Positions 24,401-37,550 of a DNA stretch of 64,000 nt are shown piece after piece. The notes beneath the pieces were generated by a model. The model was not told the DNA's origin. It made no database searches and was given only the letters and a program-made list of their open reading frames with translations. Position 1 is the stretch's first letter; each line of letters opens with the position of its first letter. The stretch spans positions 35,962,001-36,026,000 of the forward strand of contig OZ076409.1 of NCBI GenBank assembly GCA_964187785.1, given 5' to 3'. Source of the stretch: Amphiscolops sp. MND2022 (lineage: Eukaryota). Made by a program: the position numbers and the translations under genes.

Positions 24401-26010
24401 ACCAATTCTTCTTCGTAATTTTCTTCTGGTTCCGGTTTTTCGGTGGGATTGAGGCTGATAAAACCGGTGAGTTTCATTTCTTTAGTGGCGGTGTGTTTTA
24501 AACAGATGTCGAAATGGTTTAGCCTGTCTAGCCATCTTGTTAACTGTGCACTATATTGTTTGTTCGTTTTGTTCCGTTTTAGGAGGGGTTCTTTTGCCTG
24601 CTGGTCCGAGAATAGTTGGACTTGTTTTCCGTATAGGTGGAATCGGAGTCTTTCCAAGCCCCAGACAACGGCTAGTCTAGTAGTTCTAGTTCGCCGATGG
24701 AGTGTTTCTTTTCTGCATCATTTATATAGCGACTGGCGTATGCTATGGGTTTTAATTCCCCATTTCCTTGTTTTTGCCACAGTGCTACCCTTAAGCCGGT
24801 TTTGCAAGCATCAGTACTTACAATATTTTCTTTACTTCCGTTGAAATGTGCTAAGCAGGGTGGTGTTGTTAAGTCTTGTTTTATTTTTTCAAAGTCCGAA
24901 TAACGGTCGGTGGTCCAATCCCATTTCGTTCCTTTGTTGAGCAACTTTCTCATACTGTCCGTTTTTTCGGACAGATTCGGTATGAATTTAGCAAAATACT
25001 GTATTGCTCCGAGGAAGGACTTCAGTGTCTTGGTATTTGTTGGTGATTCTAGTTTGTTTATCGCGTCTGTTTTTTCCTTAATTGGTCTGATGCCATCTTG
25101 TGATATTGTGTGTCCAAGCCATATTGTTTCTTTTTGGTAGAATTTTGATCTCTTTTTGCTTGCCCGGTGTCCTTCGTCTTCCAATTTCGTCAGTACCGAA
25201 TATAATTTTTGGGTGTGTTCTTTTTTTGTCCCGCGGGTGACGATTATGATGTCATCTAACCAAACGAGCGGTTGGTGTCCCAGAGTTCTATCTATTTTCT
25301 CTTGGAAAATGGTTGGTATGTCGGCTGGACCGTAGAATCCTTTTAAAAATCGGTAGAACCCGTTGATTTTCTCGCATGTCATTGCGAAGTTGCAATGTTT
25401 GCTGGTTTCGGGTGCCAATTTCATTTGTCCGTATGCATAGTTGAGGTCCATCACGGATATCCAGATTGGATCGTGGTTGTTCTTGGATAACTCGGCAGAT
25501 ATTTTGTTTTGTAGTTCCTCCATGTTTGGCATGTGTGGTCTGTTCTTCACACAGCGTTCGTTGAGTTTGCGGGTATCTAGTGCGATTTTCACAGTTTTCG
25601 CACCGTTTTCACCGTTTTCGCTAGTGCCGTAGTCGTTCGGTCCATTCTTTGGGAGTATACAGTTTTTTACCGTCAAGCCCGATGTCTTCGAGGTACGGTA
25701 GTAGTATATTGTTGTTGGTTGTCGCCATTGGTATTTGATCGATTAAAATTGGGTTTCTGTGGTAAAAATATAAATCTTGCTGACTGCGCCATGTTGTACT
25801 TTTAGTTTCTACGGTGAAAACGGTTGGGTATTCTAGAAAGTAAGCTGTATCTTTTGTATCAACTATACTGTAGCAACTTTCGTATCGTAATGGTATATAT
25901 GTAGCACAACATAAATAGACAGTGTTTAGAGTTTGTTAGTAAATAATCTCTCTGTATGTTGCTGTATGTTACGGTATGTGTGAAGGTCATTGTTTTGGTA
26001 TGATGTCACA
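21480..26010 (-). mobile_element. Decayed Ty3/Gypsy LTR retrotransposon, internally deleted (no gag or protease)
   Basis: LTRs 21480-21698 and 25792-26010, TSD CAAGA, PPT at 21699-21710, PBS TGGCGCAGTCAGCAAG (tRNA-Ser-like) at 25791-25776. Confidence 0.93.
21894..25676 (-). pseudogene. Fragmented Gypsy pol (RT, RNase H, integrase)
   Basis: WLDDIII, STDACKTGL, ELEL, HFGHPGINKM...CSAC, IQIDFTG and SDKGGAF spread over several frames. Confidence 0.9.
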
Positions 26011-27250
26011 CAAGATATCGACAGAAATACACCTGGAAAACGGCTTTTCCATAGAAAGTTTGGTCAGCTGAACAGTCCTTCAGTTTGTCGATTTGTTTTT
26101 AGTCAGTATTGCATAAATCAAAGTGATGAACGTTTTGAACATGCCGATTTCGAACGAAAAATTGTTCTCGAATTTTTCAAACTCGATGGGCCATGTGTCG
26201 AACTGCGATGGAGTCTCAGTACGAATCCACACATGATTACTTTACAGCTCTAAATTGCCGCAAAAGCCACAACTGCACAGCAAAAAGCGATCCAAAGTTG
26301 CAGTGTTTCGGCATGTTCGAGGATTCAAGAAACCTGTAAGGAAAATAAAGGAATCTTGCTGAAGTTTTTTTCAAGTTTCCCACTATCGGGATTTTTACTA
26401 GGACTAACCTCTTGAAGGGATAACATCTGCAGAGAGGGGTTCAAATATTTGTGTTCGCACAACCAATCAATTGAAACCCAGATTGGAGGCCATTGTTGTC
26501 TTTTCAAGAGGGTCTCACTTTCTCTGTTGCACCGTTATCCACAAAACTATGGGCATAAGGTAAAATTGAGAAATGAGTATGAAATTGATTTGAACGACAC
26601 AAATGATGGGTTTGCTGCAATCTGGCGCATCGATGATTCAGCAAGTGGGATTCTTGTAGATAAGCGCTTCTTATATAACGGCAATGTGGCTTTGCCAAGT
26701 TATAACAGCGAGTATAGCAGGTATTATTTTGTATATTGATCAGGGGTAGAATGATAGAAGCTAGAGCACATTTGTCTCCGTGCTAGGCTCCTCGGGCAAA
26801 AAGATGTCTGTTCTTTATTCTTTTATGATGTAAAATGGTAAGTCCAAGATGGTACATCCAAAAAGCCAAAGCCACTGAGATGCTGAGATTGATTTTCTAT
26901 ATATTCCCAACTGCATGTGCATTAGATAATTATTAATCCCTTTGTTCCTGCTGACTGCTTATCAAAGCTGTGATATGATTTACGGATGAAAATGAGAGAA
27001 AGAAAAAAAAGAAGAAAATGTGATCACATTGGTTGGTCACACATTATAACACAGGGTATGGAATGAGGGATAAGCCAGTCAGCCTGTTGTTTTAATGGCG
27101 AAAATGTTATCAAAATGAAATAGTATGCTTTTCCGGCTGGTTATAATATAATTGCTCATAAGCAAAGCAGAGAAAGATTTCTTGGGATTTCTTCTTAGTC
27201 AATCTACTGAATACACAAAACCAATTTGTGCAACAAAAATGTCATAAAAA

Positions 27251-30200
27251 TTATTATACGAGCGTTTGACTTGAGGTTCGATTTAACAGAGGAAGCAAAA
27301 ATCGTGCATTTAAAGCAAAATCGGTCATCCGCGTAGCTTTATGAAATATTACATGGTACACACAGTGCTATGCAAAAGAGAAGCCTCCGGAAAAATGGCG
27401 ACCGCGAAGAATTAATTCAGTTAGAGTTAACTTCATATTCCATTGAGAAATTTCGCAAGTTGGCATGCTTGGTAAGAGAGAATTAAGCAAGCCATTATAA
27501 TTTGCAGGGGATTATTTGAGCCACCAACCTGTCCGGCAAAAAGATAAATTGTTCTTCCTAAGTTGTCACGCCTCAATGGGCAAAAGCCAAAGGCTCAGTG
27601 CAACTGATAGATTACGCCTGCAGTATCTATAGACGGGTGAATAAAATAGACAAATGTGTTGCCCAGGAATTAACAAAGAAAACTTTTCAATGGCAGCATG
27701 TCCTCTTCCAAACTTCTAATGCATTCCTCAGTATCCATATTTCAGCTCAGCCAAACACAAAGTCAATGGCTCTTAGTTTTTGAGCATTGCACCATGACGA
27801 GCTAGTTTTTTCTTGTTTTCGGAACCAAGCGGTTTGCGCTTTCAGAGTTTTGAGTCCAATATTTACAGTCGATTACAACATTTTTCATTATATCCTGTAG
27901 AAATTATATCTTTTGAAAACTTTCTGCAGTTAATACATGTGGAGTTCTGAGCTAGCGAGCTAGATCATTTTTTAAAAGTACTTAGCAGTAAATGAAAAAA
28001 GTTCTAGAAACAGCTGGAGAATATTTGCAAAAGCAAATTAATTTGCTGGAGTCAATGCATTATCAGGGCATATGCCAGTAAGGTTTGACAAATTCAGTAG
28101 AGCACATGTAATATTAGTGTAATTTTGTGACAAAGAAATTTGTCGACTTTCATTGCAAAGGCAGGAGCATTAGTTAATAGTTGAAAATGTGTTGAAGTAA
28201 ACTATGAGCGCAATTGTACGACTTGAATAAATTTAACAACTTGGTGAAACAATTTTGCGAAATATAAACAGTGGGTCAAAACAGTTCTCTTGGGACTCAT
28301 TAACTGAAGACTAGAGAAAGATGAGACCATCGGGAACGGAACTTCTCAAGAGCTGTTTATTTGAAAGTTGTTCAAGCCTATAAGATATATCCACTAAAGA
28401 AGCTCTGAACTATGTGTACTCTCTTATGTGCAGCATCCGCTGTCAAAAATAATGAAATTAGATCGAAATTTCTTCTTTATCTCTTCTTGAGCTTCTTTGA
28501 TAACTTCCAATTAAAATGCAGCATCATGTTTCGCTATACCCCTGATGCCTCTTTTCCGGGTTAACTTATCTAGAAATAGAATCGCATATGAGCGATGATG
28601 TTAGGTTAAAGTACAACGTGTGAAAATGCTACGGAACTATAATACATTTTACGTACAGGTTGATTGACAGTTTTCAGTTTATCACGCGGTTGAAAAGTTT
28701 TAAAAAAGAACAACTGTGCAGGAATACTTACGAGGTTTTGTTCATTTCTGGGTAAAAAGTACTGTGCAAGTATAACGTACTTTATTGGTTAAACCAAGCT
28801 TGTCTAATATTCCGAGATCCGAATACAACGGCGATTACCTAATCGGCAGTTTGTACATCAGATTATGTACTGGAAAAAACCACTTACAATACAGTACTGC
28901 AATTGAGAAATCGTTCCACTAGGCTGAGTGTCGTTATGAACCAAACAATTTTCTTTATTTGCTCTCACTTTTATTTGTGATAGGCACATTAAGTTGTGCA
29001 CACACTTCAGTTATTTCCCCAGTTTTTAGCAAATTTCATGAAATTTTTCTCTCGAACTATTAGATTCATCAGATTTTGCAGATTGTCTGGAACTCATTGT
29101 CAAGACCCGCTCCAGGTCGCGGATGTAGCTTTTGCTACGTAATGGGAAGGGGCAGAGGACGAGGGTATTATTATACGAGCGTTTGACTTGAGGTTCGATT
29201 TAACAGAGGAAGCAAAAATCGTGCATTTAAAGCAAAATCGGTCATCCGCGTAGCTTTATGAAATATTACATGGTACACACAGTGCTATGCAAAAGAGAAA
29301 CCTCCGGAAAAATAGCGACTGCGAAGAATTAATTCAGTTAGAGTTAACTTCATATTCCATTGAGAAATTTCGCAAGTTGGCATGCTTGGTAAGAGAGAAT
29401 TAGGCAAGCCATTATAATTTGCAGGGGATTATTTCAGCCACCAACCTGTCCGGCAAAAAGATAAATTGTTCTTCCTAAGTTGTCACGCCTCAATGGGCAA
29501 AAGCCAAAGGCTCAGTGCAACTGATAGATTACGCCTGCAGTATCTATAGACGGGTGAATAAAATAGACAAATGTGTTGCCCAGGAATTAACAAAGAAAAC
29601 TTTTCAATGGCAGCATGTCCTCTTCCAAACTTCTAATGCATTCCTCAGTATCCATATTTCAGCTCAGCCAAACACAAAGTCAATGGCTCTTAGTTTTTGA
29701 GCATTGCACCATGACGAGCTAGTTTTTTCTTGTTTTCGGAAGCAAGCGGTTTGCGCTTTCAGAGTTTTGAGTCCAATATTTACAGTCGATTACAACATTT
29801 TTCATTATATTCTGTAGAAATTATATCTTTTGAAAACTTTCTGCAGTTAATACATGTGGAGTTCTGAGCTAGCGAGCTAGATCATTTTTTAAAAGTACTT
29901 AGCAGTAAATGAAAAAAGTTCTAGAAACAGCTAGAGAATATTTGCAAAAGCAAATTAATTTGCTGGAGTCAATGCATTATCAGGGCATATGCCAGTAAGG
30001 TTTGACAAATTTAGTAGAGCACATGTAATATTAGTGTAATTTTGTGACAAAGAAATTCGTCGACTTTCATTGCAAAGGCAGGAGCATTAGTTAATAGTTG
30101 AAAATGTGTTGAAGTAAACTATGAGCGCAATTGTACGACTTGAATAAATTTAACAACTTGGTGAAACAATTTTGTGAAATATAAACAGTGGGTCAAAACA

Positions 30201-31072
30201 GTTCTCTTGGGACTCATCAACTAGACTAGAGAAAGATGAGACCATCGGGAACGGAACTTCTCAAGAGCTGTTTATTTGAAAGTTGTTCAAGCCCATCCAC
30301 TAAAGAAGTTCTGAAATACATGTACTCTCTTATGTGCAGCATCCGCTGTCAAAAAAATTAAATTGGATCGAATTTTTTTCTTTATCTCTTCTTGAGCTTC
30401 TTTGATAACTTCCAATTAAAATGCAGCATCATGTTTCGCTATAACCCTGATGCCTCTTTTCCGGGTTAACTTATCTAGAAATAGAATCGCATATGAGCGA
30501 TGATGTTAGGTTAAAGTACAACGTGTGAAAATGCTACGGAAAAACGTATAATACATTTTACGTACAGGTTGATTGACAGTTTTCAGTTTATCACGCGGTT
30601 GAAAAGTTTTAAAAAAGAACAACTGTGCAGGAATACTTACGAGGTTTTGTTCATTTCTGGGTAAAAAGTACTGTGCAAGTATAACGTACTTTATTGGTTA
30701 AACCAAGCTTGTCTAATATTCCGAGATCCGAATACAACTGCGATTACCTAATCGGCAGTTTGTACATTAGATTATGTACTGGAAAAAACCACTTACAATA
30801 CAGTACTGCAATTGAGAAATCGTTCCACTTGGCTGAGTGTCGTTATGAACCAAACATTTTTTTGCTCTCACTTTTAATTGTGATAGGCACATTAAGTTGT
30901 ACACACACTTCAGTTATTTCCCCAGTTTTTAGCAAGTTCCATGAAATTTTTCTCTCGAACTATTAGATTCATCAGATTTTGCAGATTGTCTGGAACTCAT
31001 TGTCAAGACCCGCTCCCGGTTGCGGAGGTAGCTTTTGCTACGTAATGGGAAGAGTCAGAGGACGAGGGTATT
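27251..31072. repeat. Head-to-tail tandem duplication, period 1917 bp (27251-29167 and 29168-31070)
   Basis: Near-identical copies, with an identical 61-aa ORF at 27598 and 29515. ATT microhomology at the junction. Confidence 0.95.
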
Positions 31073-33143
31073 GTGAATACCATTAAACTGAACTACCAAA
31101 CTAACGAGTAAGCTAATTTAATTCTACTTACAGTACAGCTGAATTATTTGAAGGTAATTTTCCAGTTACAAAATCCAACGTGAACGTTACGGAATATTTT
31201 CAGAAATGATTTTAGACTAACTAAAACATCCGGTCTAATGTTTTCACGCGCAACTGTAATTCTTAGTTCCGGCTTCGTCTTTTGGATTTCTCCATACTAA
31301 TCTAAACACTTAAACGGAAACATTTTCTAGTCAAGTGATTTTAAGCAAATGTTTACAACGTTATGACAGCGTCATTCAACTAAACTCATAAGGAATGTTT
31401 CTATTTTTACGGACCAATAGCGTCGTTCTCTAGCGGAATTATTTGAGCTCAAGCCAATAGAGTTGTACTCGATTGCCCCTAGCAACGCCGACTAACTAGG
31501 AGAAAGAGAATGAAATCGCCTACGCTCTCCACTTTCTCTCCGTCAACCACCGCTGCTCAACTATACCTAATCTTAATACGTACGGAGCGACTACGGAGCG
31601 GATTGTAAAATTGTATTTCGCCGCTTGATTATAGCCAACCTTAATACGTACAGAGCAAATTGTAAAATTGTAGCTATGAAATATTGGTACAAACGAAATC
31701 CAAACGAAGCTTCCTTTGAATCGACGCATTTAAGTGATTTTAATGATAACCTCCTTAAAGAAAAAGCTGTACTGTAAGGAAGGATGGGAAAATATTTTCT
31801 CTTATAAAATGCTACTTGAAGCATAATGTTGGCAAAAACACTGAAGTCACGTTCACCTTACGTTGCAAGTAATCCTTTTAGAATGGTTACGATCAGACTT
31901 TATATCACACATATGAAATATGATTTAGGATTAATACCGAAGTTGCAACGTAAGGTTATCAAAGTCCCAAGCTACTATACCTCCTTTTTCTCTTTAGATC
32001 ATTGATGCAATAATACTAATGTTTTGTTTGTCTGCATTTATACCCGAGTGACGGATATTTTCCGTCAACAATAAATTTGTTTCGTTAATTAATTGCCCAC
32101 TATTCATTTGTACTTCGAGTTTTATAATTTTGTACTGTTTCTGATGAAGCCACATTTAGGCCAAATCCGAGCTGATATAAATGTGTTTGTTCAATTCATG
32201 CAATTAATAACCGATTATCATTATCTTTCTGGCATCATTTGTTCCCCGTTAATATCCGAACATTCGCACTCTCGAATTTTCTTTGCTCCGTTTCGATTCC
32301 GTCACAATTTTTGCGAGTCATTCTCTCGCTTCGAACTTCAACTACCTTAGTTGGAAATTGACTAAATGATCTTGTCGGCGTTGCTACTAGACTTTTATTT
32401 TACCGCAATTTTGAAGATCAAACAGGAAATGGAATTGCCTGAACAAAAATGTTTTCAACAAGGTTTTACGGATAGCGACGCAACTAGGAATTTCGATACC
32501 TGATTTTATGACGCAGGGCTGAAATCATTTGAATCAAAAGCGCTTTTTGATGAACAAACCCGATTTTTGTGATACCTAGGAATTTTTAGGTAAGGAACAA
32601 ATGATGCTAGGAAGGTATATATACCCAAGAAAGACATGTAAAACGCAGTTAATTGACTTAATATTCTCCAATATAATTGAACTGTTTCTTCGTTGTTCTA
32701 ACGTAAGCAAAATTCTTCGAAGAATTCACTATTTGCCGAAGATCCTACTTTTCAACTAGAAAATGACAACTAGAAGCTAGAAAAGAAAAGCAGTACCTGA
32801 ATTAGTTTCTGGAGATTTTGAGGCCTCTATTGCTGAGAATAACCCTCCTGAAAACCTTGTAGCTAGTTCTAGCAAGTCACCTAGGATACAGCCTGAGAAT
32901 TTAGACGAAATAAAAACGTCTTTGAGGAAAGAAATCATGTCTGATCTAACGAAAAAAAAATGGCAGAAAACCAAAAGGAAATGCTTAAACTAATAGCACC
33001 TTTGAGTAAAAAACGTTCAATCCATCTGGAACATCGAGACCCTGACTCTGAACCAGAAACTATCTTCGTACCCAGATCGTCAACACCTTTAAAAATAACA
33101 ACTACGACTAACTTCAAAACAACTCCGGTAAACAGTCGTAACA
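31001..33143 (+). mobile_element. Solo LTR (~2.1 kb) ending in a decayed ORF start
   Basis: Imperfect inverted termini TGTCAAGAC...GTCGTAACA, 5-bp TSD CTCAT (30996-31000, 33144-33148), and a decayed ORF MTTRS*KRKAV...EMLKLIAP at ~32763-33143. Confidence 0.7.
31411..31486 (+). promoter_or_regulatory. Two CCAAT boxes and an RFX X-box-like site inside the solo LTR
   Basis: CCAAT at 31414 and 31454. ATTGCCCCTAGCAAC at 31472-31486. Confidence 0.35.
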
Positions 33144-33771
33144 CTCATTGATTTATATTTTGGCAACAAACGTTCTGAAAGGAATATCAATTGCAGTATT
33201 TTACCGTGAAATTTCATTTTCCTATCTTCATACGGGGTACGGAAAACTCAACGATTTCAACACATAGAATTAAATTCACTCAACACCTCAGTTGAATTTT
33301 GTTTACGGATTAATGACCTAACTAATTGTTAAATCCGTATAATATCCATTTACACTTAGTCATTTTCATTTCATTTTATTTTATTTCGAAACTCAACTGT
33401 TGTGGTACTTTTAACATAGTTTGTACAATTAGTTTGATGTAAAAAAAGAACAAAAAACCGAAAAACCTAATGGAAGCTTCCATGGTCCAAACCATGAAAC
33501 AAAACGATAGAAAAAGTTTAAACTCAAACAAACAAGTTTAGAAAAACTATGTTAAATGCATAAATTATGAGCAGTACGCACAAGGAATATACAGGTATAA
33601 TCACAGTACAAATCACAGCTAAACCGAAAAGCTAAACGTGAACGCTTTGGGAAGTAACAAGTGTCGTGTGTATTTTCTCTTCAGTCTGCATTTCAAATGC
33701 ATTTAAAACTACTGGTCGATCAAACGTAAAATGAACCCTGTGATTTACAGAAATTGTAAATTAAACATTAG

Positions 33772-35508
33772 TGTCGCAGGCTGCCGCCTGTGACGGCACA
33801 AAGATCACAACGACATCAATTGGACAAGAGAGAGTGCCGGGTATTCTTCGAATTTATTAAATAAAAATTCTCGCCTGGTCGGTTGATCTTTTCACTATGT
33901 TGTTGCTCTTATTCACCTTTAGTTTCAGGCATTACTATTTTGTAAACTAATGCTAATTTATATACGTTTACTAGAATTAGTCTGTTAAATTACGCTTTGA
34001 CTTATCCAAATCAGGTTGCCAAATTGTTAGAACTGCTAGAAGGATAAATTGAATGAAAAGACTGAGAAAGATGTTTACAACTCTACTGCAGTAAAGGAAA
34101 CGAGTTCAATTGCGTTTCCGTACCTTTAAGGCAATGTCGCTCACTAATGCATTTTAACCAAGCACAAGGCTTTGTTGTTGTGGTGCAGTTTGAATATTTG
34201 CCGGGCATGGCCGTTCGACTGGAAGCTAATAATGCGCTGATGTTATTTGGGCAAATGGACGGTTCGGGCCAATTAAAGACGTTTATTTGGGGTCTTATTA
34301 TTTAGTTCAATAAATAACTGATACATGCTTTCATAATGTAATAACCACTACAAGATGAAAATGAGTAATATTAGTGCTTTGAAGTGTTTTTTGTTGATGC
34401 AAATGATGGTAGTAATTACTGGTCTCCGGTCCTATACCGTCTTTTGATTAAAGTACAAGAGTATGTACGCCGGCCTTATTAGTCCTGTTCAATAATTATT
34501 CGATGCATGTATATTGTTTCACCTATGCCCCTCACTTATGATCACGTGCTACCGTGTGCTCGAAAATGTTGTTGCATTTTTTGATTATTTCCATCTCACT
34601 ATAGTAATATGATGAACTGATAGTAATATAATACCTTACCAAAGAGTGTTTGACGCTTTGTACTATGTATGGTCTATTCCGACCAATGCTTTGAAATGTC
34701 AATTTTTTGGTGTTTAAAAGCCATTCTAGGAATGTGACCCTGAGAAAACCCATGACACACTCTTTCATATAGCTGATACGTTAATGATTAGGATTGTAGA
34801 TAGAATACCTATGAAACTATATATACCGATGACTCTCATAGGTAGAACACAATTCTGTAAAACATTCTTTTGTTCAAACCGTTCAAATTTCACCATTCCG
34901 AACAAAATAGTTCAAGTATTTACAATCGGTCTTGATGCCTACTACTAGAAAACCAAAGAAGGCAAGAAAGTCAAGAGGACTAGAAATGTTCTCAGATATA
35001 GAAATCCTAGACATAATGTTAGGTGAAAGACACTGTGAGAGAGAAGAAAATGTAAATAACAATTCAGCTAGACGGCCAGAAAGTGCCAATAGTAATATGT
35101 TTGAAAACAATGGAGAAAACCTGTACTTGAATCATGGAGAAATGGGACATGGTAATGATGCCAATCTCGGACAAACTTCTACAAGTGCTAATTCAAATGC
35201 TGAGATTAACAAGTTGTCGAGTGAGTTGAACTCTAGGTTATCTAGAGAAATGGATGAGATGATGGAAAGTTTAAATATCCAGAGTCAGAGGGCAATTAGT
35301 GATGCAACAAGCAATCAGATATTGACTCAAATACAAAATGCTCTGAAGGCCGGATCTGGACATGTGACACAAAATAGAAGGAACGTTCCGGTTGAGAGAC
35401 CGGAAAATAATCCCGAAGATTACCGCAGTGAGAAAATTACAAATAGCTCAAGAAGTGAGTCAATCCGTGACCGTCTTAATCACAATTACATGGACCAAGC
35501 TTACGACA
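33772..35508 (+). mobile_element. Solo LTR (~1.74 kb)
   Basis: Termini TGTCGCAGGC...GCTTACGACA and a 5-bp TSD ATTAG (33767-33771, 35509-35513). Confidence 0.8.
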
Positions 35509-35513
35509 ATTAG
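34935..35513 (+). CDS. ORF starting inside the solo LTR and running to its end (probable N-terminus of a retroelement gag-like protein)
   Basis: MPTTRKPKKARKSR basic start and a coiled-coil-like segment. The stop codon is supplied by the flanking TSD. Confidence 0.55.
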   Translation: MPTTRKPKKARKSRGLEMFSDIEILDIMLGERHCEREENVNNNSARRPESANSNMFENNGENLYLNHGEMGHGNDANLGQTSTSANSNAEINKLSSELNSRLSREMDEMMESLNIQSQRAISDATSNQILTQIQNALKAGSGHVTQNRRNVPVERPENNPEDYRSEKITNSSRSESIRDRLNHNYMDQAYDN

Positions 35514-35721
35514 TTATAATTTCTGTTCGTGATTTAATAAATATGTTTTGGTTTGTAACGATGTTATAAATATTTGTCGAATAAAAAGGATATTCAGCTT
35601 TTTTCGAGCGAAATAACTCTGGTTTCGAGCTAATTTATTTTCAGCCCTTTGAAAATAATTTAGTATAATAGATATCACGATTATCATATTTTATACATGT
35701 ATTCAGTAGCCTTAAATATGT

Positions 35722-35800
35722 TGAGTTTTCCTGTTGAGTTTTCTGCATTGAGTTTTCTTGTATTGAGTTTTCTTGTGTTGAGTTTTCTGTGTTGAATTAA
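35722..35800. repeat. Short tandem TGTTGAGTTTTC-type repeats
   Basis: About 5 visible units of 14-16 bp. Confidence 0.7.
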
Positions 35801-36791
35801 TTATTCTGTGTTCTGGTAACCGTTAATACGTGTAAATCGGCAATTTTATCCTTTCGAGCTCGATTTATCAGAATGGGTTGATCATTCTTGAAACCAAAAT
35901 ATATCCATGGATTCAGTAGATTTGTGGACGTTGACTCAATTTTTGTCTCAGTACTGCAAAAAAATTACAAACGTAAGCTAGATGAAGGTCTAAGAAACTT
36001 TTACTTCAAATGTTTTTCAAAATTTTTAACCAATTCCGTGAAAATTGAGCCTAAAATCGCCCGGGGGACAATTTTCGACTTCTCAATATTACTGTATGTA
36101 TTACGTTGAACTTAGGCGAGTTAACAACATCAGGCAAGTACATCTGGAACGTGCCAAGTCACAAAGAATTTACACCATCAGGCTTCAAATGGTGTTATTT
36201 CAACTTAATATGGTGCTAAAACGCAAGCATTGTCTCATCCATTTCTTGCAGTCTTTGATTTATTTACAGGCTTCAGCCGCCGCAGTAACAATATAATTTA
36301 TGAGCTCGGGTCTCTGTGCTTTTGTTAAAAAATTAACATTATTGTCATGAAAAAACGGGTGCTAAGATTTTTTTGACTTTATCAACAATGAAAGGAAGAG
36401 TTATCACTGTCGGTTGAATTTTTTCTGAAAATCTTTGTTGGGTGATTATTGGATTCGACATAATGGGTTTCAAATTAGGCTCACATGTGAAAACCTGCAT
36501 GTTCAAAGTACTTGTTTCAATTTTCGAAGAAATTCGTTTTTTTTTTGAAAAGCACCAAAACTTTATGGTCAAATTGTTTGTTTCCATCAACATTTTCTGG
36601 CTAACATTCGTGAAGGAAGGTGAGAAATTCAGGTCAAAGAAATTTCATCTGTTGTTTATGCCAGGTTTACCGAGTGGATTTTCTGTCGTTTTCAGGATTA
36701 CACCAAAAGTTGACACGTTTCACTTGAAACTATGATTGTTTCAATGGGGCTTATCTAATATGATTAGAACAACTGAATCAACACAGATAAC

Positions 36792-37550
36792 GGATTACCA
36801 GAAATTTCGTCGTCGGAAATTTCGTCGTCAGAAATTTCGTCGTCGGAAATTTCGTCGTCGGAAATTTCGTCGTCGGAAATTTCGTCGTCGGAAATTTTGT
36901 CGTCAGAAATTTCGTCGTCGGAAATTTCGTCGTCGGAAATTTCGTCGTCGGAAATTTTGTCGTCAGAAATTTCGTCATCGGTGATTACGTTCTATAAAAC
37001 GTCGCATTTTCTTTAATCTATTAGGAATCGTCTTATTATTGAGTCTTAATAATTATCGATAATTGTGCAATAATTACTATCATTGATTACTTTTTGTTAT
37101 GGTTTTGAGAAAAAAAAAGTTTCGGACCTTATAACTCCCCATATACACCTTGTTTGTTATCCCCCCAACACGAAGTTGTTTCGACGCTTAAAGCAAAAAT
37201 TTCCATTACCAAAGAATTTTTTGATAATTTTCTGACAAAAAAAGCAAAAATTCCCCCTGGAGCAAGCTTGAATTGTATTGTAAAGCCCGGGTAAGTAGTT
37301 CCACCGGTAGGACTGAAAATATACCATTGCTTAATAAGCGTCTTGATGAGTTGATTGAATGCAATTAACTTTTTGACTCAATTTTGGTGTCAAAATGAAA
37401 CTTGTTCTTAAGATCTCATTTTAATAACTAAGTAATTGTATAATTCAAATGATATCTTTTGGTGAACGCTGTTTTTCTAATCAATACGACAAAATTTCTT
37501 ACGACAAAATTTCTAACGACGAAATTTCTGGCGACGAAATTTCCGCCTCC
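36792..37550. mobile_element. GG-ended MITE (MULE/Merlin-like) with 15-bp subterminal arrays
   Basis: About 12 copies of GAAATTTCGTCGTCG at 36801-36981, inverted copies at 37485-37545, and 8-bp flanks CAGATAAC/CAGGTAAC. Confidence 0.7.

Noticed and set aside
26449..26739. QIGGHCC resembling the inositol-phosphate-kinase QVGGH motif
   Set aside because: No other kinase motifs or convincing splice sites are present, so the match is too short to support.
27598..27783. Identical 61-aa ORF also at 29515-29700
   Set aside because: A by-product of the duplication, with a GTG start and no recognisable motif.
27251..31072. Rolling-circle Helitron tandem dimer
   Set aside because: No TC...CTAG or subTIR termini. 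The unit end is better explained as the start of the adjacent solo LTR.
31885..31893. GGTTACGAT as an alternative LTR start
   Set aside because: No TG terminus and no matching TSD, whereas 31001 gives both TG and CTCAT.
36736..36984. Protamine-like (KFRRR)n and (TTKFP)n ORFs
   Set aside because: These are translations of a 15-bp subterminal array of a MITE.
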